The position numbers and the translations under genes were made by a program. The notes beneath the pieces were generated by a model that worked only from the letters and a program-made list of their open reading frames with translations, was not told the DNA's origin and ran no database searches. A DNA stretch of 64,000 bases from Macrostomum lignano (lineage: Eukaryota): assembly GCA_002269645.1 (NCBI GenBank), contig NIVC01004007.1, positions 1 to 64,000 of the forward strand. Direction: 5' to 3'. Shown here piece by piece: positions 34,701 to 45,800 of this stretch (the stretch's first letter is position 1; every line of letters starts with the position of its first letter).

Positions 34701-37700
34701 TCAGGGGTTATCGGAATGGGCCTGAGTTCTTGCTTCCTCGCTGCCTTGATTTGCACTCAGGGGTTATCGGAATGGGCCTGAGTTCTTGCTTCCTCGCTGC
34801 CTTGATTTGCACTCAGGGGTTATCGGAATGGGCCTGAGTTCTTGCTTCCTCGCTGCCTTGATTTGCACTCAGGGGTTATCGGAATGGGCCTGAGTTCTTG
34901 CTTCCTCGCTGCCTTGATTTGCACTCAGGGGTTATCGGAATGGGCCTGAGTTCTTGCTTCCTCGCTGCCTTGATTTGCGACGGAGCCCAAAAAGACTCGT
35001 CGCAAGCTATAATAAACCAGCTTAAAATCCTCTCACTCCGCAAATTTGAGCAGTCTATAATTTGCAAGTTCCCACAGTAGCACTATGGCAGCAGAGTTCA
35101 AAGCAAGCTGCTCACCGAGCCCTCAGTGCTGGTGTAGCCTCGCACGCTGCCATCGTCTAGTGAGGCCAGACGCGCTCCAGTCTTCGGCTGCCAGTCGGAG
35201 CCCAGGCCGGTCTGCAGGTTGGCAACCACTTCAGCCAAAGCTAGCAGGTACATCTGGTCTAGGCGGCTCAGGCCGGGCAGCTGGATCTGCATCAGGTGCT
35301 CAGTAAGCAGCTTGGCGGTAGCTGGCCCGAAAGCCGTTCGATTGCCGCCCTGCTGCTGGTGACCAGTGGAAGTCACCCGACGCTGAGTCCGAGGAGACTT
35401 CGGTGAGTCGCCGTCGCCAGCCTCAAGCTCGTCGTCTTCTTCCGCCTCGAGCAGGTTGTGCGAGTAGGTATCCGGCAGAGAGGCCTCGTCGCCGAACGCG
35501 TTATCAAACAGATCGTTGGCACCACCATTCAGCAGGCCGCCGGAAGCGTCGGCGCCAGCGCCAGATTGAGAGCCAGCGCCGGCACCGGCGACGCTGTCAT
35601 TGTCGGCTTCGAACAAGGCGTACAGCGGCAGCGGCGGGACGGCTTTGATGTCAAGCACCTGAGTTAGGTAAAAATGACGTGTGCTGGAGAAGTGGACGGG
35701 TTATTTTGTTGTAATTTTCGACCACATGACCGACATGGTAAGCGACCACATGACCGACATGGTAAGCGACTACATGACTGACATGATAAGCGACCACATG
35801 ACCGACATGGTAAGTGACCACATGACCGATATGATAAGCGACCACATGACCGACATGGTAAGCGACTACATGACTGACATGATAAGCGACCACATGACTG
35901 ACATGATAAGCGACCACATGACCGATATGATAAGCGACCACATGACCAACATGGTAAGCGATCACATGACCAACATGATAAAGGACAAGATAAGCATTAA
36001 ACGACAATTGGTGCAAATAACGAAAAAAAACTTACAGCCTCATCGCCGGCAGCCTGAGGCTGGGCGCCCTCCACAACGCAGTGCGTGAGATGCGCCAATA
36101 TGGCTCGGATCCGTTTGAATTTGCCAAAGCCTAGCAGTTCCATCAGCTTCTTAGGATGATACTGCGGCAGAGTTGGGTTGCAGATCTGGGCAGCCTCGAA
36201 TAGGCCAACATCCTGGATGAAAGCTGCCAGATCCAAATGTTGCGGCTGAGCCTGAGAGATAGCGACAGCACCAGCAGACGAGGATGCAATCTGATCGTGC
36301 TCAGTCAGACTATAAGCCGAGTAGGTGCTGTGCAGCCGATTCAGAGGCAGGGTGGCAGCGGACTTAGACAAGGCCAAGTCGGTAAGCTCTCGCTTGTCAA
36401 CAAAACCGGATCGAGGCTTGGCACCGCCAGCCGGTGCAGCCGACGCCGTGGCCGAAAATTTTTTCTCTTTAGAAGAGTCCGCTGGCGCCGTGTCAACCGC
36501 GCCGAGTCCGCCTAGCAGAGGTTTCCACTGCGAATAGACGTGCAGCTCGTTGTCCATGCCAACAACTAGCAGACCCTCGCGCACCCAGGCCACTCGCATC
36601 GGTAGCGGGGCCAGATCGTCCGCCGTTGACAACTGGATCGCTCTTAATCGCATCCAGCGAATCTCTAGGCCGGCAGCCGACTCCCCGGCCATCTTAGTTC
36701 GCTGCTGAAGCACAGCCCGACCCTGGCGCTTTAATGCCGCTTTCATGTCGTGATAGTCCTTGGCCGTAGCTGTGGCGAGCTCGTGCGACACCGGCGCAAA
36801 CATTTGGATGCAGGTGCTGGCCGCCACGGACAGGATGTGCGACCCGTCCTCGGTGGACACCCAGTCAAGTTGGACGAATCGCTCGTTGGGCCAGTCGGCT
36901 TCCGAACCGTTGGGTTGAGCGCTTTTGCTGGTTAGAATATGAGGGACTTAGTTGCTAAGTTAGTGAGTCATAGCAAGGCTTTCAGACTACCATTGAGCAG
37001 CCCTACTGATTATACCATTGAGCAGCCCTACTGATTATCCCATTGAGCAGCCCTACTGATTATCCCATTGAGTAGCCTTAGTGATTATCCCATTGAGTAG
37101 CCCTACTGATTATTTCACTGAGCAGCCCTAGTGGTTATCCCATTGAGCAGCCCTAGTGATTATCCCATTGAGCAGCCTTATTGATTATCCCATTGAGTAG
37201 CCTTATTGATTATCCCATTGAGCAGCCTTATTGATTATCCTATTGAGTAGCCTTATTGATTATCCCATTGAGTAGCCTTATTGATGATCCCATTGAGCAG
37301 CCTTATTGATTATCCCATTGAGCAGCCTTATTGATTATCCCATTGAGCAGCCTTATTGATTATCCCATTGAGCAGCCCTACTGATTATCCCATTGAGCAG
37401 CCTACTGATTATCCCATTGAGCAGTCTTACTGATTATCCCATTGAGCAGCCCTACTGATTATCCCATTGAGTAGCCCTACTGATTATCCCATTGAGCAGC
37501 CCTACTGATTATCCCATTGAGTAGCCTACTGATTATCCCATTGAGCAGCCCTACTGATTATCCCATTGAGTAGCCTACTGATTATCCCATTGAGCAGCCC
37601 TACTGATTATCCCATTGAGTAGCCTACTGATTATCCCATTGAGCAGCCCTACTGATTATCCCATTGAGTAGCCCTAGTGATTATCCCATTGAGCAGCCTT

Positions 37701-39345
37701 ACTGATTATCCCATTGAGCAGCCTACTTTTTAGAACAATGCATACTTACAGACTAGACGCCAATATACTCTTGTGCAGGTGAATAGAGTCCTCCATAGTC
37801 CAGCCGGTGCCGCCAGTTGACTCCCACTCGTAGATAGCCACTCGAATATCGAATAGCTTACCGGTGCCGCAGCCGTTCCCAATCTTAATACCCTCATCTT
37901 CCTCGCCAGGCAGACTGCTAGTGCTGCCTGTGCTGCTGCGGTAGGCCACGGCGATCCGGCCGCTATAGGCGCAGGAGACGCACAGCGGCTGGCCGGGAAC
38001 TTCAATAGCGCTAGCCGAATCGCCTAGCATTCGCCATTCGCGCCAATCTGATCCGGTGGCTTCGCCACCTCTCTGTTGCCATGGCGACCAGAATCGGATA
38101 CGATTATCAGTGCACACGGTGGCTAGTAGGTAGGGTGATAGGCAGGCCGGATAGATCGATGCGGAGCTGAGATGGCCGGCTGACACGGCCGCTTGAGTTA
38201 TGCCAACTCCAGGCGGCAGGGCCAGTGCAGCCGAGGCCACCTTGGCTGAGCACACTGTCAGGCTGAGCTCGCTGAGCAGTGTGCGACGGCTTGAGTCCGC
38301 GTACGGCGACTCCGGCTCGCTGGGGCTGCCAGCATTAACTGACTGCTGCCGCTGCAGCTGCTGCTCGGCTGGGGTCCGCTTGCCTGAATTGAATTGATAG
38401 TTAATGGGTTAATGAGACAGGTAAAAAATTCTGGTGACACATGACAAGACGGCAGTCAGACTGACAGGTGACACACGGCAAGACAGCAGTCAGACTGACA
38501 GGTGACATACGGCAAGACAGCAGTCAGACTGACAGGTGACACACGACAAGACAGCAGTCAGACTGACAGGTGACACACGGCAAGACAGCAGTCAGACTGA
38601 CAGGTGACACACGACAAGACAGCAGTCAGACTGACAGGTGACACATGACAAGACAGCAGTCAGACTGACAGGTGACAGAGGGCAGGACAGCAGTCAGACT
38701 GACAGGTGACACACGTGACACAGGACGGCAACTCACCGAGGGTGATACGCCACACGTGAAGACGGGTAACGCCGTCAGGCTCCCCAACCAGCATTGCCAA
38801 ATAGAAGTTGCCAGTCTGAGCATCTGTTGACGTGGCCGACGAGGCCGTCTCGGCAGCCGATCGATTGCCGGTGACCAGCGGCTCGGCGAAAGCGTGCAGA
38901 ATGAGAGCGCCGCCGCCTGGGACGCGAGAGTGGGCCACTTCGGCTAGTTCAACAACGCAGCCAGGCTTAGAGGCACTCTGCAAGCTGACAATCTCGCTGC
39001 TGTTGCTGCCGGCCATGGACACGTGGCTGGCTATGCTGGTGTCCGTTGTGGAGGAGCTCATACCGCTTGCTGCGCCAACACCCTGCAGTGAATTGAAAAT
39101 TAACTTTGCTAACTGGCTACTTCAAGTAGAAATTTACGAAATTTCGACTTATTGAAATTGAACATGCAAATAAAAATAAGTGCGCGTACACTTTTGCATA
39201 GACGACTAACATAAAAGATTAATTGAAGACCAAATAAGACGCGTAGATAAACAGACACAGACGCAGACTGGCACACGGGAAATAGACAGACAGACAGACC
39301 GATAGACAGACAGACAAGACAGACAGACCGATAGACAGACAGACA

Positions 39346-39393
<48 letters not shown>

Positions 39394-39659
39394 CGATAGA
39401 CAGACAGACAAGACAGATAGATAAACAGACAGACAGACAGACACTAAGAGGACAGACAGACAGACAGACACACACACAGACAGACAGACAGACACACACA
39501 CAGACAGACAGACAGACAGACAGACACACACACAGACAGACAGACAGACAGACCGATGGGAGACAAACAGACACATAGACAGACAGACAGACTGATGGCA
39601 GACAAACAAACAGACAGACAGACAGACAGACAACAGACAGACAGACAGACAGACAGTCC

Positions 39660-39690
<31 letters not shown>

Positions 39691-39715
39691 CAGACAGACA
39701 GACAGACAGACACTA

Positions 39716-39752
<37 letters not shown>

Positions 39753-39755
39753 CTA

Positions 39756-39790
<35 letters not shown>

Positions 39791-39791
39791 A

Positions 39792-39822
<31 letters not shown>

Positions 39823-42800
39823 GACACAAAATCAAGAATAAACAACTCACGGTCTGCTGTCGGTTCCGCTCAGCCCTGGCCGTCAGAATACTCCTAGCAT
39901 CGATAACAGCCATGTAGCAACGGAGTCGCACGCCGTCAAAAGCAACAAAGACTGTGCCTGGCGACCGGTTAGACGAGCCCAACACGGAAGTTGGCAGCAG
40001 CGCGGGCAGCCAGGCCATGTGGGTGAAGGCGGTTGGCAGGGCTGAGTTCACCCTGGCCAGTTCCGTCATGCCGCCGCTGCTAGACAACGGGCCAACTGAT
40101 TCAACTCGCCACAGGATCAACTCGGAATTGAAATCCGACCCAGATTGCGAGTCGGCCGCGTCCTGCTGTTGATGCTGGAACTCGTGCTGTGAACTAGTCA
40201 GCACCAGCGGCAGCACCGGGTGACACTGGACATTGTTAGTGCGGAACCGGTGACCGCTCATGCGATCAACGTGGCTAATGCTCACAACAGTCTGATAGCT
40301 GGAGTTCTCAGCAAAGTTGATCTGCCACAGGTTTAGCGAACCATTTCGGTGCTTGGATAGTATCATTGCGCAGGGCAGGATCAGGCCGCCACCGCGGCTC
40401 TTGCCGCCTCCGCCTCCGCCCCCGCTGCCGCTTTTCCACATGTTGCCGACTGATGTTGATAGCGATTCGCCTGCGGTTGGTTGTTGATTGACAAATCAGA
40501 CGACTGAACCCGAGGAGAAGCTAAGAAACAACTCTGTAGATCTCAAATAAATATTCTCAGGAGGCTTGCGGGCACTCCGGCAAATAGAGCGCTGAGGGCA
40601 ACTCCGCCCATTCCAAGGACTTCTGAGCACAAAACAAGCGCGTCAATACTGTAAGCAGACACGCAGTCATGCACACGATCACACAGGGTGTACAGCGGTT
40701 CTGGCTTTCTCTGTACATGTACTATGGGGTAGAATCGAACCAGGGGTCGTGGCGCGTTGAGTCAGGCGTTGCCTGCTTTGCCCCGTGAATCTTCTAGAAG
40801 ATCTCAGATTAAACAAAGCAGAAGACTAAGCTTTTGAAAGCTAAAGAACATTAAAAATAAATCAAAGCCGACTCACCAAGCTGCTGCTGCTGTTGCAGTT
40901 GCTGTCTGGCCGCTGGAATACCGCCCCACACGTCGGCATCCTCGCCGTATAGAATAAGATGAGACGACATCGAGATAGCGTCGCCAACTGGGAAAGCGCG
41001 CGGAATGCTAGACGAGAAGCTGACATGGGCCTGGCGATAGCAGCCAGACGATCGCTCGTCGATCCATTCAACCATCCACACAAGGAAGCTGCCATCGTAC
41101 GGGTGGATGGCGAACAGCATGTCCGGGCACTGGTACCAGCGGTCTAGTGCATCGTCGAGGCTTGCCGGCTTCGTTGAAGCGCCGCCGTCTCCTTCGTCTT
41201 CGGCATCGTCGGCAGCCGAATTTTGCCTTTGTTGCTGCTGACGCGACGATCGCTTAGTGAAGTGCAAGAATTTGTTATTCAGCCAGTGCATTACAAAACC
41301 AGTGCCGCCGCCGCCGCCGCTTCCGCGCAGGTGTCGGCCAAAAGACGGCATCAGCGGTATGTCAGTCTCCGGATTAACGCTGGCCACCAGGTTGAACCGA
41401 ACGCTTGGCAGCGGCGACCGGCTGTGTCCGACGCCGCCAGAGCCCAGCTGACGATTGCAGCCGAATTCGTGCGGCCAGCCCATGTTGAGACCGCCTGTGC
41501 GGCGCGACCAGGCGTTTGACGTGCCTGATTAAATGGTTTATATCGGCATACACCCTTAAAATCTCTGCATCTATGCATCAGATTTAAGCAAAACTTTATA
41601 CACAACTGGATTAATATGGTACACAAAGTCAGAGCTAAAATTTCTGCTTTATCGGTTGAATGAAACATACGATAACTTCTGTATAGATAGTTTAGATCAT
41701 CGGTGTGTTGCACTAAAGGAGGTAGTTCACTTCGCAAGTGACAATCCCACTCGCTGTCATGTTCGCGTCTTCAATGCATTTCTTGGTGTTCGCCCACCTG
41801 GCGCTTTGGGGAAAGAACACCATCGCAAACATGCTGACCCGAATGTGCGAGGCAGCTGGCGTGACCGTATGCATAGAAGATAATGCATGGCTGTTAGTGT
41901 TGTATTAAACATTTATCTCACGTAAGTTCCTTCCTTTTCTGGGATTTAACCTAATAAATCCCGGAACATGTGGAACAGCTCCTCGGGATTTAAACAAATA
42001 CAACCCTAAAAGCCATGCATTATCTTCTACTTAATAAACGAAAAGTAACCTCTGGAGGGTTAATTTACCACATAAAAATTTTAACTTTTTAAAAAGTAAA
42101 ATTAACATTAATTAACCACTTGACATTTGCCCTCGTCCTCACGACGTTGCGTAAAGTAATGTTTATTTATCTACGAGTGTAAAGTAAATTTACGTTGAAT
42201 CACTTACTGCGCGGCATTAAATTTACCAAAATATACGCAAAATTGCTGACCCTGGTGGGTTAATTTACCTGGGAACATGCAGGTAAACTTTCATCAATTT
42301 ACTTGACACATGAGCGCAAAGTTTACTGCTCGCTGGAAGATATGCGTAAATCGATCTGGATCTCTTCTCATGTGTATACTGTGGTAGGCCGGTCTACCAC
42401 TGGGGTGAACGACGGCAGGCTTCCAGTGCGGACAACGGCGGGACGACCAGCTCAACTCCATCGGGTGACGGATTGACGTCATATTTTTCAATTTTTGCTC
42501 CCCTGATTGTTCCCCCGGTTGTCCCCGCTTTTGCTCCCTCGTCTGTTCCTTTTGCTGTTCCCTCCCTTGGCCCCTGTTGTTTTAGTGTTTCCAGTGGCCG
42601 GGTTTTCTCGTTTCCCATCGTTGTCCCTTCCCTTGTCCCATCCTCTGTCCCACCCCTTGGGTCCTCCACGCCAATTTTTTTATATATTTACGTTGTCATT
42701 GGAGTCATTTTCTCCTCCTCCTCCTCCTCCTCCTCCTCCTCCTAGCTCGCTCGCTCCTCTCCTTTTCATTGTCCGTGTTTAGGTTCGTGTTTTAGTTTGT

Positions 42801-45800
42801 TTGTTTCTCCGTGGTTTGCTGTTTGCGTTCATTTTGTTTAGTTCCTAGTTTTACTTTAGTTCTCTCAGCTCGCACTCGGCACGACCGAATCTATCTCGCG
42901 TAGTTCTAATATTTAACGACAGTAATAATAACGAATAATAATAACTTCTCCAATAACAATAATATTTATTCAGTTGTTCCGAATCGAAGCCTTTTAGTCT
43001 CAATTGAGTCATTTGCCCGCGGGGCGTAAAATAACCGATCAGTCTCAACTCAAAGAAAGCTCTGAGACCCTTAACGTTCCGTAATACGAATTTACGGTGG
43101 TGGCAGCGCTACTTTACTACTGATAGTAACCAACCGAGCATATCAACAGATCACGAATTTTTACGGTGTCTGAGGACCCAATTTGAACGACCGTGCCGCT
43201 AAAGACCGCTCGACTGCGATTACAACTACCCTCCCCCCGGAATTGAGGACCCCGGCTGTCGGAGTAAAAGGAGAAGAATTTCGTTGTGATTCGTCTGCGC
43301 GATTTTACGGCTTCATTCGTGCGAACGCAACGCTAACTGGTTTCGAAGAAACCCCAATCCCCAAGTTTTCAACAAGTTTTATTTTCTTCTCCACCCCCAC
43401 CTCGTATACCATACACTGCGTTCCAAGTTATTAAGCAAAGAGAGATAAATTGAATATTTTCAAAATTATTGATCGCAGCGACTTGCTGCTTGTGTCAGGT
43501 GTACATCAAGCTAGTACACACTCTGTGCAGCTCTGCCAATCACTAAACTTCTTGCTAGCACGTGCCAACAAACTTTCATTGCGCAACACGGCTGCTACAC
43601 TGTTCCAACTTATTATGCAAGCCACAGAATTTCCCTGTGTGGTTCTGCAGCTGAATTTCTCTCACAATTTTCTGTGTGTATCAACCATGGGCAAGCGCCA
43701 GGATCTCTCCGATAAGGAAAAATCTCAAATCGGGCAACTTTTGGCAACTGGCCAAACTACTTTGTCTATCTCCAAGCAGCTTGGCAGAGATCATCGTACA
43801 GTAAAGAAATTCTTGGCTGATGTCACCAAATCAAGGCAGCGGACTCGCAAAACTAGTGTTCGAGGCATTTCGAATCGAAAACTTCGAGAAATCAAAAGAG
43901 AAATCCTTAAACATCCATTGGCCACCAGCAAGTTCATCTTTGAGCAAGTGGATCTTGGCCATGTGCCAAGAACTACGCGGTGCCGCACTCTTGCATCCAT
44001 CGCTCAATGCCGCAAGGCTGTCGCCAAGCCGATGCTGACCTCTCGCCATTGCCAGCTGCGCCTCAGCTGGGCGCAGAAGTATTTGAAGGCTGACTTCAGT
44101 TCAGTCATTTTTACAGATGAGACCAGGGCCACTTTGGATGGGCCTGATGGCTGGGCCAGAGGCTGGATGGTTGGAGACGAGGTGTCAGGGCAGCGCGTGA
44201 GGCGTCAGCAAGGCGGTGGAGGCATCATGATCTGGGCTGGTATGGTCAACGACACCATCATTGGCCCATTCCGTGTTCCTGATGGCGTCAAGGTCACGGG
44301 TGAAGCTTACCGTCAGTTGCTGCAGCTGAATTTTGTTCCCTGGCTGCGACGCCAGCAAGCAGCTCGCCGAAAGAAGCTGACTTTCATGCAGGACAATGCT
44401 CCCTCCCATGCTGCGAAGCTGACGACCAATTTCTTGAATGACCTCGGGTTCAAGGACGACAAGCTGATGGATTGGCCTTCGAATTCTCCGGATTTGAATC
44501 CAATTGAAAATCTTTGGAGCATTTTGAAGCGTAGCTTGTACAGCAATGGTAAGCAGTATCATTCCAAGCATGATCTGTGGGCTGCTGTGCAAGCTGAAGT
44601 GTCCAAGATACCTAAATCACATGTAAAGAAGCTGACATCATCGATGGACAGTCGCTTGGTAAAAATATTGCAAGTAAGGGTGCCCGCATTAACTATTAAT
44701 TGTGTGTTGCTGCTTGGGAGACTAAATTCTCCGATTTTCAATCAATATTTCATGCTGACGATGTTTTATTCCTAGTTGCATAATTATCTGGAACAGCAGA
44801 AAAGTCAATTTTTGATTATCATTTTGAAAATACGCCTTCAATTTCATTCAGTTTTGGTGGTTAGTCTTATTGTTACGAAATACATTTCTTGCTAAAAAAT
44901 TATGACTTTTGCTGCTTCATGAAAAAATTATAAAAAAAACTGATTTGCATAATAAGTTGGAACACAGTGTAGTGTGAATGCATGCTATACTTTCATAAAA
45001 ATAAACGGCGTTTAATTGCCCGTAAGTGTGCCCCTTCACGGGGTGACGTTTACGGTTGTTAATGACCGGTCGGGCACCGCTCCTTTGCGCTCTCCCCCCT
45101 GCTCTGGCCGCTTTGTCCTCCGTGCATACTCTCTCCCCCCGTCGCGCCCCTCCCCCTCCGTCTCTCTGCCCCGCGCGCACCCACCCCCATTCTGGTTTTA
45201 AAGGCTGCTCGCGTGTGTTTGACTCGCATTGTCTGTTTGCGCGAGTTGATTTTTCTTTTTATCTTCTTTTATCCTGATTGCAAGTCGCGCCGCTTGTCTA
45301 TAAGGTTATTGCCGCTCGCTTGTTTAACTCGGTCGAAATAAATCGTTTTATTGTCCCGCGTCTATGGGGCTCTTTTTGCTCGTCTGCGTGCCTCGTTCTC
45401 CAAGTTCGCGTCTCTCTGACTTCGTGCTCCGACCGTGGAATTAATTGAATTTTTACCTGTTAGGAGAAAATGGCCAACAATGTTTGTGCCAGTGACCAAT
45501 ATATATGTACAATTAGCCTTTGACGCCTTTCGTCTAAAGACGAAAAGTAAATAATTAAGTAAATAATTTGTCAATGGAAATAGGTGTTTTTAATATTTTT
45601 GTATGGTTTACAAGTATTTATAAACTTATTCTATTCCAATAAGTTTTTCTTCGATTTTTTTTCACGTGTTGGCCGCACATGCACATGCAATGTATTGCCA
45701 TACTTCTTTTTTGTTATTTGCCTGTGCTGGGCCTAAGAACTTTGAAAGTCTGCGACTAATTTGCAATCTCTGCGGCTAATATTTGATTACGCTGACTGCA

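Noticed and set aside
42294-42782. Broken minus-strand ORF pieces (GT-rich repeats, ..[17 protein letters not shown]..)
   Set aside because: May be a degraded TE gene, but several frame breaks and no recognisable family.
43450-44775. 441-aa transposase as given by the ORF track
   Set aside because: The N-terminal 79 codons start at TTG in the 5' non-coding part of the element, and the last ~35 codons come from the frameshift at 44666.
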